Origin: Zygnema circumcarinatum SAG 698-1b | Lineage: Eukaryota > Plantae > Zygnematophyceae | Direction: 5' to 3' | DNA length: 64,000 nucleotides | NCBI GenBank assembly: GCA_037447605.1 | Contig: CM074806.1 | Span: 2,356,001-2,420,000, forward strand | Shown: piece after piece, positions 1 through 13,427 of the stretch | Numbering within the stretch: position 1 is the first letter of the stretch | How the letters are laid out: the number at the start of each line of letters is the position of its first letter | The notes under the pieces: generated by a model | Seen by the model: only the letters and a program-made list of their open reading frames with translations | What the model was told of the DNA's origin: nothing | Database searches by the model: none | Position numbers and translations under genes: made by a program

Positions 1-3000
1 GTGCACTTTAGGTGCTTCCGTTTCAGTGATCACAGCCTTCTTCTGTTTGCCATTTTCTGTGGCAGTGTCAATCCCGAAATTCTCAAAAGCGTTGGTAACA
101 CTCTTGTCACACTGCCGGAGGATTTCAATGCACACCGTGGCATCAAGCGTGTGTACGACGCTCGATTGCAGGCCATCGAATCTGGGAAAGTGTGTCCCTA
201 TCTATGTCTCTTTCACAAACAGGGCATTTTAGACAGTGAAGGAAAGTGAATCACCAGGTTCTCAAAGTGTACGGTTTGCATTTTAGAATAAAATGCTGAG
301 TTTGGCTGGCAGGGAATGCTTGACGGCCTTTGTAGTATGTCTATGATGACTGTATGTTTTTTCCGTTAGTCGAGTATCTTCTTGCTCAGTGAAGTGGGTA
401 CCCTTTCATGAGTGACTGGATGCGATTCTACTTTGGATTCTAGATCTGCTGTTTTTTAGAAAATATACTTTGTCCTCGACTTACGTTACTGAAAGCAGGT
501 TTATTTGGGTTTCACTGAAAGTAGAGAGAGAGGAGGGGAGGGAGGGCGGTTGAGGGGTGTGAAGGGGAGGGGTAGGGAGAGGGACGAGGGGAGAGGGGAG
601 ACGGGAGAGGGGAGAGATGAGTAAAGGAAGCGACGAGAGAGAGAGAGACCCTCCCTGCTTGGTTCCAAAAGAGTTGCTTCAGATGGTTTCCTTTTCCTCT
701 TTAGAGTGACAATGTTTTCAATTTTATGGAAGCAGGGACTGGACTGGGCTGTTGCTGAGTCACTAGCGTTCGCCACACTGCTGGTTGAAGGCAACCATAT
801 CCGGCTATCAGGTCAGGATGTGGAGCGCGGAACGTTTAGCCATCGACATGCAGTGGTGCATGATCAGAAGAACGGCGGGAAGTACATACCGTTAGATCAT
901 ATCCTGCCGCATCAGCCGAAGGAGATGTTCACCATCAGCAACAGGTGATAGCATTCCCACTAAGCTCCAGTCCAGCCCTTATGTGAATAGCCTTGGCGGA
1001 GACTCGTCTGATCGTCGTTGCATGCAAGGTTTACTGTCTCATCGTTTTCAAGTGCTACGAGGTTCGTTTCTCAGTATGTGCTCTCGTGAAGTCAGCTCCC
1101 ATTTGCTGTAGTTAGTGTTCCTTTGCCTTTAGTAAGCTGTTTAATCGCAGCAAGCCTGTTTTCTAGCAAATTGTCGGGAGCATCCATAAATGCTGTCCTG
1201 CATACGTGCAAGAAATCATTCTATATCCTCCTTAGGCCGACAAGATACGTTCAAATCGTTTGAGTGATCATTACGCCACATTATGTTTCACTCTATCTTA
1301 CTACCCAGTCTCCACAGCCATTTCAACTGACCTCTTGGGATCATGCTGCTCTATTGTCCCTCTATTTGTGCAGTTCCCTATCAGAGTTTGGAGTGCTGGG
1401 GTTCGAGCTTGGATATTCAATGGAGAACCCCAACTCGTTGGTGTGTTGGGAGGCACAATTTGGTGATTTTGCTAATGGCGCGCAGGTCATCTTTGACCAG
1501 TTCCTATGCTCAGGAGAGTCCAAGTGGCTGCGACAAACTGGCCTTGTGTGCCTCCTGCCCCACGGCTATGACGGGCAGGGCCCCGAACATTCATCTGCCC
1601 GATTGGAGCGCTTTCTGCAGGTCAGGATCAGGAGCTCCGAAGCAAGTAAAACTCAGTGGCTGACTGGGCAGTAGTGTGTAACATAACCCAGTTACTGGTC
1701 TCTAACGTTTTTTTGTCAATGCTCTGGATACGAGTCTTAAAGAGAGAACATGAGTGGACGGCATGTGATGATCGTCATCCAGCTGATCCTATTGGCCTGC
1801 ACTGCTCCTGTAACTCTGCAGATGAGTGACGACCACCCGCATATCATCCCGGAAATGGATCCAACCCTGCGCCGCCAGATTCAAGAATGCAACTGGCAGG
1901 TGGTCAATGTCACGACTCCAGCCAACTACTTCCACGTGCTACGACGTCAGGTCGGCATCCTCTTCTAGACACCCTAAATTGTTCTGCGCGCACTGGTGTT
2001 TTCGTTTGTTTTTGTCCTTTCTTCTCTCTTTCCTTTCGGGAACTCTCTCCATGAATAATGGCACAAAACTTGAGGCATTCTGTACTCGCCTTTGGCATGC
2101 TCAACAAATATTGCATACTGTAGGCATCGAAAGGCCCTGTGAAGGATCTTTCAAGCCTTTACGCTGATTTTAAGCTGAAGGGATGGATAAGATGAGCAAT
2201 GGAGGATGACAGACACGAGATTCTGCTGATTGCTTCCTGTTTCAATTTCAAACCAGCCTCTGACCTAGAAAAGGTTGCTTTTGCAGATTCATCGTGACTT
2301 CCGAAAGCCTTTGATTGTGATGTCTCCGAAAAATCTTTTGCGCCACCCTGCATGTAAGAGCGATCTCTCAGAATTTGATGACCAAGGAGGCCACCCTGGA
2401 TCGAGCCAGCAAGGCACGCGCTTCAAGCGTATGATCAAGGACAAGAACAACCATGGTGATGAGGAGCCTGGAATTCGTCGTGTGGTTTTTTGCTCTGGAA
2501 AGGTAAACTTACTTCAGGATGTTTGTCGCGGAGGGCGTGTTCGGAGCAGGAATCTATATTAGGAAAGAATGGCTTGGTGGTCAAGAGCTGGCCAGATTTG
2601 AAAGTTGAAGTTGTTATAAACCCTTGTCTGGCAATCACTGATGGCTCTTGTGGGCGCATGGACCAGATCTATTACGAGCTGGATGACGAGAGGCAGCGTG
2701 TGGAGGCAGATGATGTGGCGTTGCTGCGCTTAGAGCAGCTATGTCCCGTCCCATACGATCTCATTCAGCGTGAGCTGAGGCGATATCCAAGTGAGTACAG
2801 CTGACCTGTGCCCCTCCATACGAATGCAGGAAGATTGGGACTTGTGCCCAATCGTAAAGATTCGGGAATCAGCTTCCAGTGTTTCACGTTCTTGTCAATC
2901 AGTGCAGTGCCTGAATACCTCGATGGAGGTTGCAGCAGGTACTGCCCATGGCACGCACTCTCTCACTCTGTGATTTTCTCCTCCCTTGATTGCTGTCCTG

Positions 3001-3241
3001 TCTTCTACCAGATGCGGAGATTGTGTGGTGTCAAGAAGAGCCCATGAACATGGGGGCCTATGGCTACATTTTTCCCCGATTGGCTACAGCTATCAGGGCG
3101 ATGGGTCGTGGCAGCTACGAAGATATTAAGTATGTTGGACGTGCTCCTTCAGCCGCCACAGCAACGGGCTTCAACCAGCAGCATACCCTTGAGCAGAAGG
3201 ATCTTGTCACGAAATCGTTTCAAAAGGAGCCTATCACCTAA
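1..3241 (+). CDS. OGDH: 2-oxoglutarate dehydrogenase E1 subunit, 3' part (5' end outside window)
   Basis: Spliced exons ~66-189, 736-944, 1374-1620, 1822-1950, 2288-2502, 2666-2790, 3012-3241 give [100 protein letters not shown]. These are hallmark OGDH E1 motifs. Confidence 0.96.
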
Positions 3242-4389
3242 GCTTCTTTGGTCGAGCCTCAGCTAAAATGGCAGCGAGAGGGTCTGTAAATCTGCGGAGG
3301 CTCACCGTCAGTACAATAATGGCTGAGATGGAGACTGAGACGTAGGAGCGATGCATTGGCTGCTTCTTTAAGCAAAGAACATTTCTGCCAAGTTATCAGT
3401 GTGTGAAGTATACACTTGAATATGTATAGATTTTTAGATGCAAGAGTGGTTGCACTGTGCCCGTAGACACAGTTCCACGAAATGACTTCGCGTGGACACA
3501 TTGGTGTCCGTGGTTTTACAATACAGTCATTCACAACGGAGGTGCGCTTGAAGGAAAGTAGCGCGCTGGGCGTCTGATTGAAGCTCCTGTGATTCGATTC
3601 CTGGCAAATAATATATTGCTGCGTCATGGAAAGCAGAAAATGGCATTGAACTCGCGATGGCGAGACAATGCGTTCCCATAGACAATACACTATAGCAGAG
3701 CCTCCTTTCCTGCCATATTGATGACCATTTGGGGCCTGTTTCCGTATTAGGTTAGAGTCGTAAACCATTGAAAGATAAAAGCGGAGTGAATTGCCATTCA
3801 TCTAACGATGGCGTCTCCATGAAATGTACGTCGACATCGACAACATGTAGAACCAATGTGAATCGGTCACAAAAACCAACAATGAATTGTGAATTGACAT
3901 TGATCTCACGATGTCGACGCCATCAAATGTACGGAGGCAAAGGCAAAATGTAGAACCAAATGAGAAGGGTCCCAATGACTTGGAGGACGAGAGCGAGAGG
4001 GAGAGCGAGAGGCAGAGCGAGAGGCAGAGCGAGAGATAAACGAAAGAACGGCTTTGTGGGGAACTCTGCTTCAAGGCCCAATCAACGGCTCTACAAGCAG
4101 CTTTTGAAGGTCCCCAATCTCGTGTTCCACTTTTCGCGGAGGGGAGGGCTGGAAGGTCCCCGCCGGGGGACCTGTTACATGGAGCTTCTACTCCCCGGGG
4201 TCGAGCAGCTGCTGCTGTTCACTCTCATTCAATGATTCACACCAATGCCATGTTCTAGATACATTTACCTCGGCGCTTCGTGGGAAATGGCAGTGTTGCG
4301 TTGTCTTGAAGCTCGATATCGTGCCTCATTCATCTTATTCTGGTGCTAGGGATTTTTTCTTTCCAAGGAATGTGAGACTTAGGCTTGTA

Positions 4390-7300
4390 ATGGCAAACCA
4401 GGAGGATAGGGTGAGGATGGAAGAGGGGGATGGAGACAGTCGAGAAAGGAATGACCAGCTGCAGTGGATGATGGACTACATCGTCTACACGCTGATCGTG
4501 GACGACATCGTTCATCCTGATGGCACCACTGCGATGGCATGTTTGGGCGGCGGTGGTATGTGGCGAGGGAATACAAAAACTATTTAAGAAATTATCAATT
4601 CAAGCTTGATCGTCAACTCAATGCAATGCATTGCTTCTGCCACTTGTCATTACCCAAAAGGACAATCTTTGTTCATTTGGGCTGTATTGATGAAAGTCTA
4701 CATAAAATATTCCCTGAGCGTGCACATTCCAAAGAGTTATACTTAAAATCTCTCCTAGTCGAGGGCCCATTTCCACGCTAAGGGGCAAATGTTTGCATCT
4801 TTTGTTTTTGTGTAGCGTGCATTCATGCGTTTCTGCAGTGAGGGTAACGTTGAGGGTAACGTGCCTGCTTTCTTTACTCCCTTTGTGTCTCCTCATGTTC
4901 TTTGGCATGCTCCAATGGCACAGGTCCCCAGACTGCCTTCGGCATCCGACTATGGGCACCATCAAATGCAAGGTATCCAAGTGTTAGGAAACCTATGCTA
5001 ATTTTGTCCATGTTAGGAAGCATGTCTTTTGATAATAACATCAGGATTCATTGCCTTCAATTTAGCTTTTGCATAAACAAGCACATCAGTGCACGTGCAC
5101 AAAAAGCCATATCTGATGAAGATGCTTTCGTTCCTCACACTGGCACGAGTTGAGATTTTGTTGAAAAGATGCATAAGTAGTCTCACGATGCTTGTCACTT
5201 GGAGACCATTTGGAGTTCGCCAGGCTGTGACAAACTCATCTATAAGTATCACAGCGCCCACCTTGACGTTCAGAGTACATATAGGAAAAGAACCTTCATG
5301 ATATACCCCGAACATTATCCTACATACCAACCTACCCTACACAGTCAATGAAAGTTACTGCTTCTAGAATGAAAATTGTAATTGCAATTGCTGAGGGAGC
5401 TTGAAACAGTGAAAGATGTAGCGTAGTGATGATGCAGTGTATCCTACACTTGATAACATTTTTTGAAAGCATTGATGAGTTGTTCCTCCGTGACGAACAG
5501 TAGACTTTAGAAACGGAAGAACCATCGACAGACAAAGAATGCTGGTGCATTCTTTGAAGTTCACTTGCCAAGAATCGTTCTGCCATTGGGCTTCCGGTAT
5601 TGGAGGGTGGTGGCCAACATCAACAACGAGGGCTTAGGGTCCAGGGTGGGCCTTGCAGCAGGGGTGGGGTCGGACCTCCCGGAGTCATGTCGCACATGGC
5701 TCGAGGAGAGCCACGTGGACACTGCCGGACTGATCGCATGGCCATTGCCGACTCTGCGCGCGTGGCAGCTCTTTGAGGCGGACGGCCGTCGAACACAGGT
5801 AGGTCCGCTCCCCTCCATTAGATTTGTTTGTTTGCTTGTTTGATTCATTTTCCATTTACAAAAACATGTTTCATGATCGAGCTATTAGCTTAAGGCTCTC
5901 ATAGTGAATAGAGTTTCTGTGGTGTTCAGCAGAGTGAAGGTCTTCCCTGTGGCAGGTGTGGCGGGTCCCGCTGCTGAATGATGTTTGGAGCATGCTGAGG
6001 CCGTCTGTCACCACTCTTCCAATTGCCTTCCGGCACGTTCTACAGAAACCCCTGAACCCTTTTCAAGCCATGCACGCTCAAAACTTGCGGCAAGCGACAG
6101 GTCTACAAGATTTGTTGTTTGCCATTTGCCTCAGTCGCCCTGCTATATACAGTATGTTGAGCCATTCCACTTTCGTGCCACTAACCAAGGCCGCTTGATA
6201 GGGGCCTTTGACAGTGGTTGAAAATTTGATCTCTGTGATTTGTTAAACATCTTCATTCAGTCGTTTGACCTGATATCCTTTTTGCATGGGCGGATTACAG
6301 AAATTCACGAGCGTATCACGTAGGGGTACATCCAAGTGGGCAGGATGTGAGCTTCATCAGGGGGCTAAGAGCCACGAATGCAGAAGTTGTCAGCATTGAG
6401 CCATATACACGTGCGACGGACATTGTTCCTCGCTCTGAGCTAGAGTACGTTGCCTCCCGCTCCCTCTCTCTTCTGAATACAGCAGAGAAATTGTGTCCAC
6501 CAGTGGCAACCATTGGTTTTTGAGTTAAGTTGGTCATTCCTTTTTCCATCCTAATGAAGGTACTAAATGAAGTCAACCAAGCATGTCTCTCAACTTCCAT
6601 GGACTGCACTAAGATCCCATCTCGTCCATGTTGCTTCGACCTGCTCTCTTTCACTTCTCATTTGCAGACCAATCATAATTCAAATCGCCATAAGATTTTT
6701 TTTTTGTTTTTCCTTTTTTTGATAAAAAAAGCCGACACACCAAGTCGGGTATGAGTACACTGCCAATCGCTGTTTCAACCACATGCAGCGATCTACTGAT
6801 AAGTGTTGAATATTTGGGGAAGTTTCCTCCCTATCTCGTTCGGGACTGCTGAACGTGGGCACGGGGCGGTGTGGCAGGGCGCTGCTTAGTTCCGCACACA
6901 TTTTCTCTCCTAACGAGGAAGAGGCATGGTCTATGGTAGGACCCGGATCTCCAGAAGATGTGATTGGACGACTTGTAGAGCTAGGAGGGCAGGTGAGAGC
7001 ATTCACGGGAAATAGGCAGTGGGAGGGGGATGGCCCCTTGATTTCGGTCGTTCGAAGCGTCCCGGGAACACTATGCAGCTCAGTTGTCTGACGTCTTGTT
7101 TTGCTTGCAAGGGTTTGGAGTTGTTTCTTATGGATTCCTCCCATCGCAATAGTTATGACTCACCTGGCAAGCGGAGGGCCATGACAGGTGGTATGTCTGC
7201 GAAGAGGACCACACGGAGCTGTGGTTCACAGGTATCCTCATCCTCTAAACCTCATCTATGGCTGCCAGTAGTTGCTGATGCAAACACGTCAAGTTGTTAT

Positions 7301-8160
7301 AGGATCACTGTTTTTTCAGTGGGAGTCTTACACAATTTGGTCTGCCTGTGGAGACCAAACAGTGCAGCTACCGGAGAGACATGGGAGATCCCTGCATTCT
7401 ACACTGCGTTTGGCTCTCAAACTCGTCCATCGTCTGAAGAGAATAGCGCATCATTTAAGGCAGCAGAGGACACCAGCCTCTCCATGTCTGTTGAAGAAGG
7501 CGATGATGCTTCAAGCAAACATCGTGAACCTGCGAGCGAGCAAGGATTTGCCTCAACGGAGGAGGTTGCGGTGCAATTGGCGGGAGTAAAAGATCAAACA
7601 GGATGCGGTAATGCCTTTTGCGGTGGGTTTTTGGTGGGATGGGTGACAACTGGCGACCTCCAGTTGGCGGGTCTCTGGGCCAGCGTGGCTGCAAGCTTCA
7701 GTGAGTCTCGCTTCTCTTGTCTCTCCTCACTTTCTCTCTCGCGCGTCCGCTCTCTCCTCTCCTCTCCTCTCCTCTCCTCTCCTCTCTTCTCTCCTTGCCT
7801 CCCTCTCCCCTTCCAAATCTCCCCACTCCTCCTTTCCCTCTTCTCTCCTTCGTCCTTGGCTCCACTCTCCTCTCCTCTCTTCTTGTAGATAGGGTCCTCG
7901 GGCGATTCTGCACATCGTATCCTGCACCCTGATTCGTTTGAATATCATCATGTGAAAGGAGATTGTTCCTCTAAATCAATGGCGACATTTCAGAAATAGT
8001 TTGGGCCGCGCCGGGTTCCCTTCTGGGTCTTGCAGTGATAGAATATGAGGGCGTGCCTCCGCCGTCCTCAAGCAGAAGGCGGGAGGCGGAGCTGCGAATG
8101 GCGATGCTGCAGCCCTTGGCAAGGCGCTTGGACTACGGAAAGCTCGTGGCTCCGCTGTGA
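4390..8160 (+). CDS. PfkB/ribokinase-family carbohydrate kinase
   Basis: Exons ~4390-4556, 4924-4972, 5645-5798, 5957-6032, 6301-6445, 6880-6992, 7188-7231, 7363-7700, 8036-8160. N-terminal LIVDDIV...[33 protein letters not shown] and PfkB C-terminal signature [18 protein letters not shown]. Confidence 0.88.
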
Positions 8161-8996
8161 TGCGGAGTTTAATTCCTTTACACGGATGTAATTATATGAC
8201 AGACCAGTCTCAGAGGGAGAATTCTCACAGCTCGGTCTCTCTCAATGATGCGTGAAAGTGCACGAAGAGGGCATTGGCTTTGTCTGATGGCCCATTATGA
8301 AGGTGCCGAGAAAGACCGGGGGAAGGGGGTTTATCACGGCTCATTAGCCGAATTTAGACGTTTGCACAATTGCCTCGTAATTTCGCTGCTGCCCGCTTGA
8401 ATGAACAGAACCGAGGCGCCTCGTTCCCTATGTGGCTCTGCAGCGTTCCAAGATCACCTCTCCGCCCAAAGCAAAAATATGCCCTGGTCAGCGTCGGCAT
8501 GATGTTAAGGACGTGGAAGTACAACCGTGCATGGGACCATCTCGCACGTCCATTCACTCTGTGACGCCCTCCCTCTCTCTCCCTCGCTCTCCCTCTCTCC
8601 CAGCATGTTTCAATGGCAGTCACTCCGCGGTCGCTCCGTCTTCGTCTCCGTCCCCGTATAGATCGAAACCACGAGTGGACCCTTCCTCACAGACCACCTC
8701 TGCTCGTGGCATTCCATGAGCCAACAGCGCCAGTCTCAGTTAGCGTCTACGCTCTCCGGCTTCCAAGGAACCAGTGTCGCTCGCACTTGCGGCGGCCTCT
8801 CCTACGGGGCACAAAACCTGCTCGGCCACAGATCGGCGCGAGGCCGCGCTCTCACCACGTCTCCTTCCGCGCTCGCTCACTCGCTCGCTCGCTCTGCACT
8901 GTGCCCTCCTCTCGACTCCGCGTCTCTCCAGCCTCCCTGCGCTACTCGTGCTCGCGGAGACCCCACCTTTCTCCTCCAGTAGCTGCTCCGGCAGCC

Positions 8997-11900
8997 ATGT
9001 CTGCCTGCGCACATACCTTGGCTGCGACTTCTCCTCTCCGAACGGCTGCAGGGGTTCCAGAGAGACAGATTTCCTCCCTTTCACAGTCACAGCAACTCCG
9101 GCTGCGCTCTCCGTCGCCATTCTTGGCTTTGAGGGGTGCGGAGAGCTCCAGCAGCGCAGGGCAGGCAGCATGGGGGCTTCGCAGAGTCCAGTGCGCAGCA
9201 GCTTCCGGTGCAGACGCTCCTGGAGCGACATCACAGGCGAACAAGGAGATTGTTCCTGACACAGAAATCAGCATCACTAAGGCAGGCCTACTACATTTTC
9301 TTTCATGCTCATTGTAGCGGGAATTCTGAAGGGTAGAATGCGCAAGTCTCTGAGAAGCATCATTTGAGTTTTTTTCAAATTGGTGTTCTATTCGTGTTCA
9401 GGAGTCTTTGAAGGGGTGATAATTGGAGGTTGCCTTGCGTGTTCTGATACAATGTATGTGCTTCTTGTGCAGACGTCGTTTGGCACCATTGGTCTGACTC
9501 TTGGTCTATTCCTGCTGTCGTAAGTCTCAAACTGTTTCCTCCACTTACCAAGTTGCAATGCATGGAGCTATGTTACTGGCATACAGCAGATGCAAATTCA
9601 AGAAGAATGCTTTCGGAATACTCAGGGGCCAGGGTCAAAACAATTTAGTTTTGAAAGTGCGATGCTCATTTGTCAGCAGTTGTTTGGGTTTCTGTATGCC
9701 ATCTAGCGTAAATAATCGCAACGCTACAAAAGGGTCCGTAACATGCACAACAAGACGTTAGAACTGGAGGCATGGGAGAATGGGAATGAGAACTGAACCT
9801 TTTGTAGAGGAGAGCTTGGAGGGCATGCAGGTTTGGTTTTGGAGCCTATTTTAATTGGTTACCAGGAACTGACTTTTCCGCCATCATGCTCACCTATGGC
9901 TTCCCACTCACGCTCATTGGCTTTGCTCTCAAGGTGCCTCAAGCTGCTTACATTTTCTATTGCCGCTGTCTGAAGAACTTCAGTGGAACTGGCACATTAA
10001 ATGAAAAGTGTGAAATGACGCGCTTTTTGGTGGGCCACTGAGGAGAGAAAAAGAACATGAGCCACTTTCATTTGTACATGGCCTACGTTCTGAAACTCAT
10101 CTGTGGACGAAGCGGCCTCATGTTTCCTTCTTCCTTCTCTTTAGCTGCCTGTCAAAAAGCCCATGGGTTAACTACGCTTTTGTCCCTGAAGTCATTTCCA
10201 CTGAATCATTTTGTAGTTTGTTTTGCGATTTTGTTATGAAGTAAATGAACTTTGCCTTGTTCCTTCAGATACAGCCACACTGGCAGCATTCACGATAAGG
10301 TTACTTGATTTTCTACTGGTCGTCTTCTTTTGCTAGCGTTGAGCTGGTTCGGGCCAGATTAGTCTGTTGATAGATGATTGTAGCGAAAGTACTGAAGTGG
10401 AGGCCGTGCCCATTCTTTGCATTGTCAAAGGAGGAAAGGCAGGCGAGCTGCGAGCTCACTTTCGCACGCTGCGTTTTTTTTGGGTGGAAGAGGTTGTAGG
10501 AACTTCAGTTGTATTTGGAATGTTTAAGCTATACGTTGGGATAACAGTGTGTATTTGGCAGCCTTTTTAGAGAACGTTTTTTGAGTGCTTTGGGGGATGG
10601 AATGGGCTATATTTCACAGTACGCTGAGCTGAAGCCGGTCTCCTGCACCTCGTACTCCGATGCTGTGGCATTGCGCCCCTCTCAGGCGACTCCCATTTTG
10701 GTGCAGGTACTGAGTGTGTGCTGCCTCCTCTCACACGAGTGATATGCATTATTCACATGGGCATACCTTGGGGAGTGAGTGATCAGAATGCGTTTTCATT
10801 CGCATTCTTTCCCTCATGAATAGCTTACGTCATTTTGCATCAAGGAGATTGGCATCTGTGGAAGCTATGTCGTGAGAATGGCTGAGCCATTGTCAGTCCT
10901 GCTTCCTCTCCGATTTCGGTACTGAAGAGGATGGCAAAGAATAATTTTAGTCCTAGAGATGATGATAGGTGCGGAGTGACGTCACACGATACCGATATGG
11001 AGACGAGCAGCATTTGGAGGAGGCGCTAAAGCGCATCTTTCGATATGGCCAGGTCAGTCAGGAGGCAATACTCTCGCGTCGATCTCATGCTCAGTGAAAC
11101 TTCATGTACAATGTATTTCGAGACTCGGTCCGCATAGATTTCCACCGATTGTAGAGATCCACTCTAATCGTTTTGTCCTCCTCATTGTTAAACCTTCTCC
11201 TTTCTGCTTTCTCTTAACCGTAGTCGACTCTCTATACTTCTTTCCTGTTATGTAAGGCACCTCGTGGGCCCAGCAAAGTTGACTACCTATAAATACTCAA
11301 GGCAGACCGCTATATAATTTTGTTCTGGAATTCACTCCGGTCGAGGGCCTTTAATCACAAGAGTGAGATCACTTTTGTACTAAGCCAAGCGGAGTGTCTG
11401 TTTCCATGCAGGGTGGAGGCATTCAACGCCGTTACGCTCCCCAGCTGGAGTCTATTTCTGAAGAGGTATGCCTTACTTTCTTCTCAAACTCTAATCCTAC
11501 ACATATTTTTTTTATCGTAACTAGATCCTTACATTGGTTTCTCTGCTAACCAGTAGAGGGATTGTTGAGGGTTTTGTCATTACTAGTTTCTCTCTTGCTG
11601 TTTACCTTCTAAAGACTTCCAACTTAAATGAAGAAGAGCTGAAATTTTGGGCCTTCATTCTTGCAGGTTTATGAGGGGCGGTACTCGCTTGTGCTCAATT
11701 TCGACGCGCCTAACCTGACCTTGAGTAGCTTCGCGGAGCGTGAGGTAATGGACTACTCCACCTCTTATGTACCCCATTTCTCTCCACTCTGTTGTTGCCT
11801 CCTCACTCTCTCCCTCCTCCTGCTTCGTACACATTTCCTTGTCGCAAGTCAATTTCAACCATTCATATTTGCATCGCCCATGGAGTCTTTGCAAGGCAGT

Positions 11901-12431
11901 TTGCGATCAAAGGTAAGCAACAGTTTATGAGGATCAAGAGTACAGGGAAGGACAGCGAAAGAGAGGGTTCATCAGAGATTGAGGGGCCCAGAGAAAGAGA
12001 GGGAGAGAGAGCGAGGAGGGGAGAGAAATAAAGGGAGAGAGAGAGGGAGAGAGAAGGAGAGAGAGCGAGAGAGAAGGAGAGAGAGCGAGGGGGGGGGTGC
12101 CTCACTGACGACTATGATTCGTTGGGACTGCAGGCAAAATTTACGTCTTTCTTTGGGCCTGGAGTGAAGGCAATTTGCAGTAGGCTTCCCCGCAAACCTT
12201 TCTTTGAGATCTTTGCTTGGCTCATCTGGTGTGCACAAGTTTTGAGTCACCTGTACTGACAGGGGAGAGTGGAGAGGTGGGAGAACAAGCCACTATGGTT
12301 AGATAACTTCTAGCATGAATGTGGCCTGTTCTAGCAAACATAACGGATCTTGTTCTGCATGTGTTTGGCACATGGCAGGTGAAGCAGGCCCCAAAAAATT
12401 CAACGTTCGCCTCGTTACTGTTGAGGCATAG
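8997..12431 (+). CDS. APE1: APE1 / DUF2854 thylakoid protein (acclimation of photosynthesis to environment; slr0575-like)
   Basis: Transit-peptide-like exon 8997-9281, then TSFGTIGLTLGLFLLS, FGFGAYFNWLPGTDFSAIMLTYGFPLTLIGFALK, YAELKPV, VRSDVTRYRYGDEQHLEEALKRIFRYGQ, GGGIQRRYAP, AKFTSFFGPG; stop TAG at 12429-12431. Confidence 0.9.
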
Positions 12432-13427
12432 GCTTCAGGCGTTGCGGTTTGAGTGCTTGCGTTCTTTTTTGTTTTAAGGTTTGGTACAAGATGGGCAGAT
12501 TAGGCTAGAAAGTTCGTCCCCATGTAATATTATGCATCCTAATCACCGAGAGCCGATTTGCAAATCCTGGATCTCCGGCCGGCCGTGAGGCAGAGTTCAG
12601 TTGTCGGGAACTCATTGTTGAGCCGCAAGTTTGGAGTTCGCCAACTGATTGTCTTAGTACGACAAGCGTTTGGTTTCCGGTTTCTGGTTTCTGGCCGAAA
12701 ACCTTTGCGTGCTTGCTTGCAGCCACATGAAAAAATTGGCAACAGAAAGCGAAAGTTGGCGGCTGTGACCTTCGCAGCTGCTTCTAAGGCTGTTGAGCCT
12801 AGGCGTAGCTTTCCGCTCTTAGCCTTTTACCTTTGTCCTTAAAAGTCTTTTGTGACCAATTCCTCGTGGTCCCCCATGATGATTTTATCCTTGTACATTT
12901 GGTGGCATCGCCAGCGTGACATCAATGCAACATCCTTTTTTCCATCGCCAGCGTGAGATCAATGCCACATCTCTCTCTACGCTCAATTCATAGCTGTCCC
13001 CTCGACAAGCACCGCCTTGGCTTGCCGGCTACAAGAGAACTTAGCCGAACGTGCCGCGATGTGGCGGGATTGGATCGTCCTCGTCCTTCTGCGCCTGCAA
13101 GCGAACCCAGTTCTCGAACGGCAGACGCCGGAACCACGAGCAATCGTTCCTTGTACCGGACCGCGATTCCGGTACCATACACTGCCTCCTGCTTGGACCG
13201 CTCAGCACTCTGAATACCGTACGGTACGGTATCGCATTGCAAACTCGCCTCCGTGTCACGGGCAGCGACTCCACCGTTCGATCAAAAGCATCGACGGCCT
13301 GTCCGCGCGCGCCCCGGTGACGGCGAGCAGGAGAGTGTCCGGATGCAGTGCATCGCCTCTTCGCCCGCGCGCGCTGCGGCCCTCACTCCAGCTGGCGCCA
13401 AGCTTCTCCCACTCGCAGACAGCAGCC

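Noticed and set aside
3259-3801. 180-aa minus-strand ORF
   Set aside because: Overlaps the OGDH 3' UTR, no recognisable motif, composition unlike real exons.
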